Below, in pieces: positions 15,001 to 30,000 of a stretch of DNA of 64,000 bases. The position numbers were made by a program, and so were the translations under genes. The notes under the pieces are model-generated. The model searched no databases. It had not been told where the DNA came from and worked only from the letters and a program-made list of their open reading frames with translations. Position 1 is the first letter of the stretch; each line of letters begins with the position of its first letter. The DNA is from Euprymna scolopes (lineage: Eukaryota). The stretch lies in NCBI GenBank assembly GCA_053919585.1, contig CM132790.1; one strand, 5' to 3'.

Positions 15001-18000
15001 TGTAGATTATGTAAAGTAATTCTATTTAGATTGGAAATCCTATGTAGATTACGTAAAGTGATTCTATTTAGATTAGAAATCCTATATAGATTATGTTAAA
15101 TGATTCTATTTAGATTGGAAATCCTATGTAGATTATGTAAAGTTATTCTATTTAGATTAGAAATCCTATGTAGATTATGTAAAGTGATTCTATTTAAATA
15201 AGAAATCCTATATAGATTATGTAAAGTGATTCTATTTAGATTGGAAATCCTATGTAGATTATGTAAAGTGATTCTATTTAGATTGGAAATCCTATGTAGA
15301 TTATGTAAAGTGATTCTATTTAGATAAGAAATCCTATGTAGATTATGTAAAGTGATTCTATTTAGATTAGAAATCCTATGTAGATTATGTAAAGTGATTC
15401 TATTTAGATTGGAAATCCTATGTAGATTATGTAAAGTTATTCTATTTAGATTAGAAATCCTATATAGAATATGTAAAGTTATTCTATTTAGATTGGAAAT
15501 CCTATGTAGATTATGTAAAGTGATTCTATTTAGATCAGAAAACCTATATAGATTATGTAAGTGATTCTATTTAGATTGGAAATCCTATGTAGATTATGTA
15601 AAGTGATTCTATTTAGATTGGAAATCCTATGTAGATTATGTAAAGTGATTCTATTTAGATAAGAAATCCTATGTAGATTATGTAAAGTGATTCTATTTAG
15701 ATTAGAAATCCTATGTAGATTATGTAAAGTGATTCTATTTAGATTGGAAATCCTATGTAGCTTATGTAAAGTGATTCTATTTAGATTGACAATCCTATAT
15801 AGATTATGTAAAGTGATTCTATTTAGATTGGAAATCCTATGTAGATTATGTAAAGTGATTCTATTTAGATCAGAAAACCTATATAGATTATGTAAGTGAT
15901 TCTATTTAGATTGGAAATCCTATGTAGATTATGTAAAGTGATTCTATTTAGATTGGAAATCCTATGTAGATTATGTAAAGTGATTCTATTTAGATAAGAA
16001 ATCCTATATACATTATGTAAAGTAATTCTATTTAGATTGGAAATCCTATGTAGATTATGTAAAGTGATTCTTTTTAGATTAAAAATCCTATGTAGATTAT
16101 GTAAAGTGATTCTATTTTGATTGGAAATCCTATGTAGATTATATAAAGTGATTCTATTTAGATTAAAAATCCTATATAGATTATGTAAAGTGATTCTATT
16201 TAGATTGAAAATCCTATGTAGATTATGTAAAGTTATTCTATTTAGATTGAAAATCCCATATAGATTATGTAAAGTGATTCTATTTAGATTGGAAATCCTA
16301 TGTAGATTATGTAAAGTTATTCTATTTAGATTAAAAATCCTATGTAGATTATGTAAAGTGATTCTATTTAGATTGAAAATCCTATGTAGATTATGTAAAG
16401 TTATTCTATTTAGATTAAAAATCCTATATAGATTATGTAAAGTGATTCTATTTTGATTGGAAATCCTATGTAGATTATATAAAGTGATTCTATTTGGATT
16501 GGAATCCAATATAGATTATGTAAAGTGATTCTATTTAGATTGGAATCCTATATAGATTATGTTAAGTGATTCTATTTCGATTGGAAATCTCATGTAGATT
16601 ATGTAAAATTGTTCTATTTAGATTGAAAATCCTATGTAGATTATGTAAAGTGAGTCTATTTAGATTGGAAATCCTATATAGATTATGTAAAGTTATTCTA
16701 TTTAGATTGGAATCCAATATAGATTATGTAAAGTGATTCTATTTAGATTGGAAATCCTATATAGATTATGTAAAGTTATTCTATTTAGATTAGAAATCCT
16801 ATGTAGATTATGTAAAGTGATTCTATTTAGATAAGAAATCCTATATAGATTATGTAAAGTGATTCTATTTAGATTTGAAATCCTATGTAGATTATGTAAA
16901 ATGATTCTATTAAGATTGGAAATCCTATGTAGATTATGTAAAGTGATTCTATTTAGATTTGAAATCCTATGTAGATTTTGTAAAGTGATTCTATTTAGAT
17001 TGGAAATCCTATGTAGATTATGTAAAGTGATTCTATTTAGATTGAAAATCATATATAGATTATGTAAAGTGATTCTATTTAGATTTGAAATCCTATGTAG
17101 ATTATGTAAAGTGATTCTATTTAGATTGGAAATCCTATATAGATTATGTAAAGTGATTCTAGTTAGATTGGAAATCCTATGTAGATTATGTAAAGTGATT
17201 CTATTTAGATTGAAAATCATATATAGATTATGTAAAGTGATTCTATTTAGATTTGAAATCCTATGTAGATTATGTAAAGGGATTCTATTTAGATTGGAAA
17301 TCCTATGTAGATTATGTAAAGTGATTCTAGTTAGATTGGAAATCCTATGTAGATTTTGTAAAGTGATTCTATTTAGATTGGAAATCCTATGTAGATTATG
17401 TAAAGTGATTCTATTTAGATTGGAAATCCTATGTAGATTATGTAAAGTGATTCTTTTTAGATTAGAAATCCTATATAGATTATGTAAAGTGATTTTATTT
17501 AGATTTGAAATCCTATGTAGATTATGTAAAGTGATTCTATTTAGATTGGAAATCCTATGTAGATTATGTAAAGTGATTCTATTTAGATAAGAAATCCTAT
17601 GTAGATTATGTAAAGTGATTCTATTTAAATAAGAAATCCTATATAGATTATGTAAAGTGATTCTATTTAGATTGGAAATCCTATGTAGATTATGTAAAGT
17701 GATTCTATTTAGATTGGAAATCCTATGTAGATTATGTAAAGTGATTCTATTTAGATAAGAAATCCTATGTAGATTATGTAAAGTGATTCTATTTAGATTA
17801 GAAATCCTATGTAGATTATGTAAAGTGATTCTATTTAGATTAGAAATCCTATGTAGATTATGTAAAGTGATTCTATTTAGATTGGAAATCCTATGTAGAT
17901 TATGTAAAGTGATTCTATTTAGATAAGAAATCCTATGTAGATTATGTAAAGTGATTCTATTTAGATTGGAAATCCTATGTAGATTATGTAAAGTGATTCT

Positions 18001-21000
18001 ATTTAGATTAGAAATCCTATGTAAGTTATGTAAAGTGATTCTATTTAGATTGGAAATCCTATGTAGATTATGTAAAGTGATTCTATTTAGATTAGAAATC
18101 CTATATAAATTATGTAAAGTGATTCTATTTAGATTGGAAATCTTATGTAGATTATGTAAAGTGATTCTATTTAGATTGGAAATCCTATGTAGATTATGTA
18201 GAGTGATCCTATTTAGATTGGAAATCCTATGTAGATTATGTAAAGTGATTCTATTTAGATCAGAAAACCTATATAGATTATGTAAGTGATTCTATTTAGA
18301 TTGGAAATCCTATGTAGATTATGTAAAGTGATTCTATTTAGATTGGAAATCCTATGTAGATTATGTAAAGTGATTCTATTTAGATTAGAAATCCTATATA
18401 CATTATGTAAAGTGATTCTATTTAGATTGGAAATCCTATGTAGCTTATGTAAAGTGATTCTATTTAGATTGGAAATCCTATGTAGATTATGTAAAGTGAT
18501 TCTATTAAGATTGGAAATCCTATGTAGATTATGTAAAGTGATTCTATTTAGATAAGAAATCCTATATAGATTATGTAAAGTGATTCTATTTAGATTGGAA
18601 ATCCTATGTAGATTATGTAAAGTCATTCTATTTTGATTGGAATCCAATATAGATTATGTAAAGTGATTCTATTTAGATTGGAATCCTATATAGATTATGT
18701 TAAGTGATTCTATTTCGATTGGAAATCTCATGTAGATTATGTAAAATTGTTCTATTTAGATTGAAAATCCTATGTAGATTATGTAAAGTGATTCTATTTA
18801 GATTGGAAATCCTATATAGATTATGTAAAGTGATTCTATTTAGATTGGAATCCAATATAGATTATGTAAAGTGATTCTATTTAGATTGGAAATCCTATAT
18901 AGATTATGTAAAATGGTTCTTTTTATATTTAAAATCCTATGTAGCTTATGTAAAGTTATTCTATTTAGATGTGAAATCCTATGTAGATTATGTAAAGTGA
19001 TTCTATTTAGATTGGAAATCCTATGTAGATTATGTAAAGTGACTCTATTTAGATTGGAAATCCTATGTATATTATGTAAAATTATTCTATTTAGATTGAC
19101 AATCCTATATAGATTATGTAAAGTGATTCTATTTAGATTGGAAATCCTATGTAGATTATGTAAAGTGATTCTATTTAGATTAGAAATCCTATATAGATTA
19201 TGTAAAGTGATTTTATTTAGATTGGAAATCCTATGTAGATTATGTAAAGTGATTCTATTAAGATTGGATATCCTATGAAGATTATGTAAAGTGATTCTAT
19301 TTAGATTAGAAATCCTATATAGATTATGTAAAGTGATTCTATTTAGATTTGAAATCCTATGTAGATTATGTAAAGTGATTCTATTTAGATTGGAAATCCT
19401 ATGTAGATTATGTAAAGTGATTCTATTTAGATTAGAAATCCTATATAGATTATGTAAAGTGATTCTATTTAGATTTGAAATCCTATGTAGATTATGTAAA
19501 GTGATTCTATTTAGATTGGAAATCCTATGTAGATTATGTAAAGTGATTCTATTTAGATTAGAAATCCTATATAGATTATGCAAGTGATTCTATTTAGATT
19601 GGAAATCCTATGTAGATTATGTAAAGTGATTCTATTTAGATTGGAAATCCTATGTAGATTATGTAAAATGATTCTATTTAGATTAGAAATCCTATATAGA
19701 TAATGTAAAGTGATTCTATTTAGATTGGAAATCCTATGTAGATTATGTAAAGTGATTCTATTTAGATTGCAAATCCTATTTAGATTATGTAAAGTAATTC
19801 TATTTAGATTGGAAATCCTATGTAGATTATGTAAAGTGATTCTATTTAGATTAGAAATCCTATGTAGATTATGTAAAGTGATTCTATTTAGATAAGAAAT
19901 CCTATATAGATTATGTAAAGTGATTCTATTTAGATGTGAAATCCTATGTAGATTATGTAAAGTGATTCTATTTAGATTGGAAATCCTATGTAGATTATGT
20001 AAAGTGATTCTATTTAGATTGAAAATCCTATGTAGATTATGTAAAGTGATTCTATTTAGATTGGAAATCCTATGTAGATTATGTAAAGTGATTCTATTTA
20101 GATTGGAAATCCTATGTAGATTATGTAAAGTGATTCTATTTTGATTAGAAATCCTATATAGATTATGTAAAGTGATTCTATTAAGATTGGAAATCCTATG
20201 TAGATTATGTAAAGTGATTCTATTTAGATTGGAAATCCTATGTAGATTATGTAAAGTGATTCTATTTAGATTGGAAATCCTATGTAGATTTTGTAAAGTG
20301 ATTCTATTTAGATTGGAAATCCTATGTAGATTTTGTAAAGTGATTCTATTTAGATCAGAAAACCTATATAGATTATGTAAGTGATTCTATTTAGATTGGA
20401 AATCCTATGTAGATTATGTAAAGTGATTCTATTTAGATTGGAAATCCTATGTAGATTATGTAAAGTGATTCTATTTAGATTGGAAATCCTATGTAGATTA
20501 TGTAAAGTGATTCTATTTAGATTAGAAATCCTATATAGATTATGTAAAGTGATTCTATTTAGATTGGAAATCCTATATAGATTATGTAAAGTGATTCTAT
20601 TTAGATTGGAAATCCTATATAGATTATGTAAAGTGATTCTATTTAGATTGGAAATCATATATAGATTATGTAAAGTGATTCCATTTTGATTGGAAATCCT
20701 ATGTAGATTATGTAAAGTGATTCTATTTAGATTGGAAATCCTATATAGATTATGTAAAGTGATTCTATTTAGATTGAAAATCATATATAGATTATGTAAA
20801 GTGATTCTATTTAGATTGGAAATCCTATATAGATTATGTAAAGTGATTCTATTTAGATAGGAAATCTTATGTAGATTATGTAAAGTGATTCTATTTAGAT
20901 TGGACATCCTATATAGATTATGTAAAGTGATTCTATTTAGATTGAAAATCATATATAGATTATGTGAAGTGATTCTATTTAGATTGGAAATCATATATAG

Positions 21001-24000
21001 ATTATGTAAGTGATTCTATTTAGATTGGAAATCCTATATAGATTATGTAAAGTGATTCTATTTAGATTGGAAATCCTATGTAGATTATGTAAAGTGATTC
21101 TATTTAGATTGAAAATCATATATAGATTATGTAAAGTGATTCTATTTAGATTGAAAATCCTATGTAGATTATGTAAAGTGATTCCATTGAGATTGGAAAT
21201 CCTATATAGATTATGTAAAGTGATTCTATTTAGATTGCAAAATCCCATGTAGATTATGTAAAGTGATTCTATTTAGATTGAAAATCCTATATAGATTATG
21301 TAAAGTGATTCTATTTAGATTGGAAATCCTATGTAGATTATGTAAAGTCATTCTATTTAGATTGAAAATCCTATGTAGATTATGTAAAGTTATTCTATTT
21401 AGATTGGAAATCCTATATAGATTATGTAAAGTGATTCTATTTAGATTGGAAATCCTATATAGATTATGTAAAGTGATTCTATTTAGATGGAAAATTCTAT
21501 GTAGATTATGTAAAGTTATTCTATTTAGATTGAAAATCCTATATAGATTATGTAAAGTTATTCTATTTAGATTGAAAATTCTATGTAGATTATGTAAAGT
21601 GATTCTATTTCGATTGGAAATCCTATATAGATTATGTAAAGTGATTCTATTTTGATGGAAAATCCCATGTAGATTATGTAAAGAGATGTTATTTAGATTA
21701 GAAATCCTATGTAGATTATGTAAAGTGATTCTATTTAGATTAGAAATCCTATATAGATTATGTAAAGTGATTCTATTTAGATTAGAAATCCTATATAGAT
21801 TATGGTCAGTGATTCTATTTAGATTGGAAATCCTATGTAGATTATGTAAAGTGATTCTATTTAGATTGGAAATCCTATATAGATTATGTAAAGTTATTCT
21901 ATTTAGATTAGAAATCCTATGTAGATTATGTAAAGTGATTCTATTTAGATTGGAAATCCTATATAGATTATGTAAAGTGATTCTATTTAGATTGGAAATC
22001 CTATATAGATTATGTAAAGTTATTCTATTTAGATTAGAAATCATATATAGATTATGTAAAGTGATTCTATTTAGATTGGAAATCCTATGTAGATTATGTA
22101 AAGTGATTCTATTTAGATTGGAAATCCTATGTAGATTATGTAAAGTGATTCTATTTAGATTGGAAATCATATATAGATTATGTAAAGTGATTCTATTTAG
22201 ATTGGAAATCCTATGTAGATTATGTAAAGTGATTCTATTTTGATTAGAAATCCTATATAGATTATGTAAAGTGATTCTATTTAGATTAGAAATCCTATAT
22301 AGATTATGGTCAGTGATTCTATTTAGATTGGAAATCCTATGTAGATTATGTAAAGTGATTCTATTTTGATTAGAAATCCTATATAGATTATGTAAAGTGA
22401 TTCTATTTAGATTAGAAATCCTATATAGATTATGGTCAGTGATTCTATTTAGATTGGAAATCCTATGTAGATTATGTAAAGTGATTCTATTTAGATTGGA
22501 AATCTTATATAGATTATGTAAAGTTATTCTATTTAGATTAGAAATCCTATGTAGATTATGTAAAGTGATTCTATTTAGATTGGAAATCCTATATAGATTA
22601 TGTAAAGTGATTCTATTTAGATTGGAAATCCTATGTAGATTATGTAAAGTGATTCTATTTTGATTAGAAATCCTATATAGATTATGGTCAGTGATTCTAT
22701 TTAGATTGAAAATCATATATAGATTATGTAAAGTGATTCTATTTAGATTGAAAATCCAATACAGATTATGTAAAGTGATTCTATTAAGATTGAAAATCCT
22801 ATATAGATTATGTAAAGTGATTCTATTTAGATTTAAAATCCTATGTAGATTATGTAAAGTGATTCTATTTAGATTGGACATCCTATATAGATTATGTAAA
22901 GTGATTCTATTTAGATTGAAAATCCTATATAGATTATGTAAAGTGATTCTATTTAGATTGGAAATCCTATATAGATTATGTAAAGTGATTCTATTTAGAT
23001 TGGAAATCCTATATAGATTATGTAAAGTGATTCTATTTAGATTGAAAATCCTATATAGATTATGTAAAGTGATTCTATTTAGATTGGAAATCCTATATAG
23101 ATTATGTAAAGTGATTCTATTTAGATTGAAAATCATATGTAGATTATGTGAAGTGATTCTATTTAGTTTGGCAATCCTATATAGATTATGTAAAGTTATT
23201 CTATTTAGACTGGAAATCCTATGTAGATTATGTAAAGTGATTCTATTTAGATTTAAAATCATATTTAGATTATGTGAAGTGATTCTATTTAAATTGGAAA
23301 TCCTATATAGATTATGTAAAGTGATTCTATTTAGATTGAAAATCCTATGTAGCTTATGTAAAGTGATTCTATTTAGATTGGAAATCCTATATAGATTATG
23401 TAAAGTGATTCTATTTAGATTGGAAATCCTATATAGATTATGTAAAGTGATTCTATTTAGATTAGAAATCCTATATAGATTATTTAAAGTGATTCTATTT
23501 AGATTGGAAATCCTATATAGATTATGTAAAGTGATTCTATTTAGATTGAAAATCCTATGTAGATTATGTAAAGTGATTCTATTTAGATTGGAAATACTAT
23601 ATAGATTATGTGAAGTAATTCTATTTAGATTGAAAATCATATGTAGATTATGTGAAGTAATTCTCTTCAGATTTGAAATCCAATGTAGATTATGTAAATA
23701 GATTCTATTTAGATTGAAAATCCTATATAGATTATGTAAAGTGATTCTATTTAGATTGGAAATCCTATATAGATTATGTAAAGTGATTCTATTTAGACTG
23801 AAAATCATATATAGATTATGTGAAGTGATTCTATTTAGATTGGAAATCATATATAGAGTATGTGAAGTGATTCTATTTAGATTGAACATCATATGTAGAT
23901 TATGTGAAGTGATTCTATTTAGATTGGAAATCATACGTAGATTATGTAAAGTTATTCTATTTAGATTGGAAATCCTATATAGATTATGTAAAGTGATTCT

Positions 24001-27000
24001 ATTTAGATTGAAAATCATATATAGATTATGTGAAGTGATTCTATTTAGATTGGAAATCATATGTAGATTATGTGAAGTGATTCTATTTAGATTGGAAATC
24101 CTACATAGATTATGTAAAGTGATTCTATTTAGATTGGAAATACTATAGAGATTATGTAAAGTGATTCTATTTAGATTGAAAATCCTATATAGATTATGTA
24201 AAGTGATTCTATTTAGATTGGAAATCCTATGTAGATTATGTAAAGTGATTCTATTTAGTTTGAAAATCATATGTAGATTATGTGAAGTGATTCTATTTAG
24301 TTTGGCAATCCTATATAGATTATGTAAAGTTATTCTATTTAGACTGGAAATCCTATGTAGATTATGTAAAGTGATTCTATTTAGATTTAAAATCATATTT
24401 AGATTATGTGAAGTGATTCTATTTAAATTGGAAATTCTTTTATAGATTATGTAAAGTGATTCTATTTAGATTGAAAATCCTATGTAGATTATGTAAAGTG
24501 ATTCTATTTAGATTAGAAATCCTATATAGATTATTTAAAGTGATTCTATTTAGATTGGAAATCCTATGTAGCTTATGTAAAGTGATTCTATTTAGATTGG
24601 AAATCCTATATAGATTATGTAAAGTGATTCTATTTAGATTAGAAATCCTATATAGATTATTTAAAGTGATTCTATTTAGATTGGAAATCCTATATAGATT
24701 ATGTAAAGTGATTCTATTTTGATTAGAAATCCTATATAGATTATTTAAAGTGATTCTATTTAGATTGGAAATCCTATATAGATTATGTAAAGTGATTCTA
24801 TTTAGATTAGAAATCCTATATAGATTATTTAAAGTGATTCTATTTAGATTGGAAATCCTATGTAGATTATGTAAAGTGATTCTATTTAGATTAGAAATCC
24901 TATATAGATTATGTAAAGTGATTCTATTTAGATTAGAAATCCTATATAGATTATGGTCAGTGATTCTATTTAGATTGGAAATCCTATGTAGATTATGTAA
25001 AGTGATTCTATTTAGATTGGAAATCCTATATAGATTATGTAAAGTTATTCTATTTAGATTAGAAATCCTATGTAGATTATGTAAAGTGATTCTATTTAGA
25101 TTGGAAATCCTATATAGATTATGTAAAGTGATTCTATTTAGATTGGAAATCCTATATAGATTATTTAAAGTGATTCTATTTAGATTGGAAATCCTATGTA
25201 GATTATGTAAAGTGATTCTATTTAGATTAGAAATCATATATAGATTATGTAAAGTGATTCTATTTAGATTGGAAATCCTATGTAGATTATGTAAAGTGAT
25301 TCTATTTAGATTGGAAATCCTATGTAGATTATGTAAAGTGATTCTATTTAGATTGGAAATCATATATAGATTATGTAAATTGATTCTATTTAGATTGGAA
25401 ATCCTATGTAGATTATGTAAAGTGATTCTATTTTGATTAGAAATCCTATATAGATTATGTAAAGTGATTCTATTTAGATTAGAAATCCTATATAGATTAT
25501 GGTCAGTGATTCTATTTAGATTGGAAATCCTATGTAGATTATGTAAAGTGATTCTATTTTGATTAGAAATCCTATATAGATTATGTAAAGTGATTCTATT
25601 TAGATTAGAAATCCTATATAGATTATGGTCAGTGATTCTATTTAGATTGGAAATCCTATGTAGATTATGTAAAGTGATTCTATTTAGATTGGAAATCCTA
25701 TATAGATTATGTAAAGTTATTCTATTTAGATTAGAAATCCTATGTAGATTATGTAAAGTGATTCTATTTAGATTGGAAATCCTATATAGATTATGTAAAG
25801 TGATTCTATTTAGATTGGAAATCCTATGTAGATTATGTAAAGTGATTCTATTTTGATTAGAAATCCTATATAGATTATGGTCAGTGATTCTATTTAGATT
25901 GAAAATCATATATAGATTATGTAAAGTGATTCTATTTAGATTGAAAATCCAATACAGATTATGTAAAGTTATTCTATTAAGATTGAAAATCCTATATAGA
26001 TTATGTAAAGTGATTCTATTTAGATTGGAAATCCTATGTAGATTATGTAAAGTGATTCTATTTAGATTGGAAATCCTATGTAGATTATGTAAAGTGATTC
26101 TATTTAGATTGGAAATACTATAGAGATTATGTAAATTCATTCTATTTAGATTGGAAATCCTATATAGATTATGTAAAGTGATTCTATTTAGATTGGAAAT
26201 CCTATATAGATTATGTAAAGTGATTCTATTTAGATTGAAAATCCTATATAGATTATGTAAAGTGATTCTATTTAGATTGGAAATCCTATATAGATTATGT
26301 AAAGTGATTCTATTTAGATTGAAAATCATATGTAGATTATGTGAAGTGATTCTATTTAGTTTGGCAATCCTATATAGATTATGTAAAGTTATTCTATTTA
26401 GACTGGCAATCCTATGTAGATTATGTAAAGTGATTCTATTTAGATTTAAAATCATATTTAGATTATGTGAAGTGATTCTATTTAAATTGGAAATCCTATA
26501 TAGATTATGTAAAGTGATTCTATTTAGATTGAAAATCCTATGTAGCTTATGTAAAGTGATTCTATTTAGATTGGAAATCCTATATAGATTATGTAAAGTG
26601 ATTCTATTTAGATTGGAAATCCTATATAGATTATGTAAAGTGATTCTATTTAGATTAGAAATCCTATATAGATTATTTAAAGTGATTCTATTTAGATTGG
26701 AAATCCTATATAGATTATGTAAAGTGATTCTATTTAGATTGAAAATCCTATGTAGATTATGTAAAGTGATTCTATTTAGATTGGAAATCCTATATAGATT
26801 ATGTAAAGTTATTCTATTTAAATTTTAACTCCTATATAGATTATGTAAAGTGATTATATTTAGATTGAAAATCATATGTAGATTATGTAAAGTGATTCTA
26901 TTTAGATTGGAAATCCTATATAGATTATGTGAAGTAATTCTATTTAGATTGAAAATCATATGTAGATTATGTGAAGTAATTCTCTTCAGATTTGAAATCC

Positions 27001-30000
27001 AATGTAGATTATGTAAATAGATTCTATTTAGATTGAAAATCCTATATAGATTATGTAAAGTGATTCTATTTAGATTGGAAATCCTATATAGATTATGTAA
27101 AGTGATTCTATTTAGACTGAAAATCATATATAGATTATGTGAAGTGATTCTATTTAGATTGGAAATCATATATAGAGTATGTGAAGTGATTCTATTTAGA
27201 TTGAAAATCATATGTAGATTATGTGAAGTGATTCTATTTAGATTGGAAATCATACGTAGATTATGTAAAGTTATTCTATTTAGATTGGAAATCCTATATA
27301 GATTATGTAAAGTGATTCTATTTAGATTGAAAATCATATATAGATTATGTGAAGTGATTCTATTTAGATTGGAAATCATATGTAGATTATGTGAAGTGAT
27401 TCTATTTAGATTGGAAATCCTACATAGATTATGTAAAGTGATTCTATTTAGATTGGAAATACTATAGAGATTATGTAAAGTGATTCTATTTAGATTGAAA
27501 ATCCTATATAGATTATGTAAAGTGATTCTATTTAGATTGGAAATCCTATGTAGATTATGTAAAGTGATTCTATTTAGTTTGAAAATCATATGTAGATTAT
27601 GTGAAGTGATTCTATTTAGTTTGGCAATCCTATATAGATTATGTAAAGTTATTCTATTTAGACTGGAAATCCTATGTAGATTATGTAAAGTGATTCTATT
27701 TAGATTTAAAATCATATTTAGATTATGTGAAGTGATTCTATTTAAATTGGAAATCCTATATAGATTATGTAAAGTGATTCTATTTAGATTGAAAATCCTA
27801 TGTAGATTATGTAAAGTGATTCTATTTAGATTAGAAATCCTATATAGATTATTTAAAGTGATTCTATTTAGATTGGAAATCCTATGTAGCTTATGTAAAG
27901 TGATTCTATTTAGATTGGAAATCCTATATAGATTATGTAAAGTGATTCTATTTAGATTAGAAATCCTATATAGATTATTTAAAGTGATTCTATTTAGATT
28001 GGAAATCCTATATAGATTATGTAAAGTGATTCTATTTAGATTAGAAATCCTATATAGATTATTTAAAGTGATTCTATTTAGATTGGAAATCCTATATAGA
28101 TTATGTAAAGTGATTCTATTTAGATTAGAAATCCTATATAGATTATTTAAAGTGATTCTATTTAGATTGGAAATCCTATATAGATTATGTAAAGTTATTC
28201 TATTTAAATTTGAACTCCTATATAGATTATGTAAAGTGATTATATTTAGATTGAAAATCATATATAGATTATGTAAAGTGATTCTATTTAGATTGAAAAT
28301 CCTATGTAGATTATGTAAAGTGATTCTATTATGATTGGAAATCCTATGTAGATTATGTAAAGTGATTCTATTTAGATTAGAAATCCTATATAGATTATTT
28401 AAAGTGATTCTATTTAGATTGGAAATCATATTTAGATTATGTGAAGTGATTCTATTTAAATTGGAAATCCTATATAGATTATGTAAAGTGATTCTATTTA
28501 GATTGAAAATCCTATGTAGATTATGTAAAGTGATTCTATTTAGATTAGAAATCCTATATAGATTATTTAAAGTGATTCTATTTAGATTGGAAATCCTATG
28601 TAGCTTATGTAAAGTGATTCTATTTAGATTGGAAATCCTATATAGATTATGTAAAGTGATTCTATTTAGATTAGAAATCCTATATAGATTATTTAAAGTG
28701 ATTCTATTTAGATTGGAAATCCTATATAGATTATGTAAAGTGATTCTATTTAGATTAGAAATCCTATATAGATTATTTAAAGTGATTCTATTTAGATTGG
28801 AAATCCTATATAGATTATGTAAAGTTATTCTATTTAAATTTGAACTCCTATATAGATTATGTAAAGTGATTATATTTAGATTGAAAATCATATATAGATT
28901 ATGTAAAGTGATTCTATTTAGATTGAAAATCCTATGTAGATTATGTAAAGTGATTCTATTTAGATTAGAAATCCTATATAGATTATTTAAAGTGATTCTA
29001 TTTAGATTGGAAATCCTATGTAGCTTATGTAAAGTGATTCTATTTAGATTGGAAATCCTATATAGATTATGTAAAGTGATTCTATTTAGATTAGAAATCC
29101 TATATAGATTATTTAAAGTGATTCTATTTAGATTGGAAATCCTATATAGATTATGTAAAGTGATTCTATTTAGATTAGAAATCCTATATAGATTATTTAA
29201 AGTGATTCTATTTAGATTGGAAATCCTATATAGATTATGTAAAGTGATTCTATTTAGATTAGAAATCCTATATAGATTATTTAAAGTGATTCTATTTAGA
29301 TTGGAAATCCTATATAGATTATGTAAAGTTATTCTATTTAAATTTGAACTCCTATATAGATTATGTAAAGTGATTATATTTAGATTGAAAATCATATATA
29401 GATTATGTAAAGTGATTCTATTTAGATTGGAAATCCTATGTAGATTATGTAAAGTGATTCTATTTAGATTGGAAATCCTATATAGATTATGTGAAGTAAT
29501 TCTATTTAGATTGAAAATCATATGTAGATTATGTGAAGTAATTCTCTTCAGATTTGAAATCCAATGTAGATTATGTAAATAGATTCTATTTAGATTGAAA
29601 ATCCTATATAGATTATGTAAAGTGATTCTATTTAGATTGGAAATCTTATATAGATTATGTAAAGTGATTCTATTTAGACTGAAAATCATATATAGATTAT
29701 GTGAAGTGATTCTATTTAGATTGGAAATCCTATGTAGATTATGTAAAGTGATTCTATTTAGATTGGAAATCCTATATAGATTATGTGAAGTAATTCTATT
29801 TAGATTGAAAATCATATGTAGATTATGTGAAGTAATTCTCTTCAGATTTGAAATCCAATGTAGATTATGTAAATAGATTCTATTTAGATTGAAAATCCTA
29901 TATAGATTATGTAAAGTGATTCTATTTAGATTGGAAATCTTATATAGATTATGTAAAGTGATTCTATTTAGACTGAAAATCATATATAGATTATGTGAAG

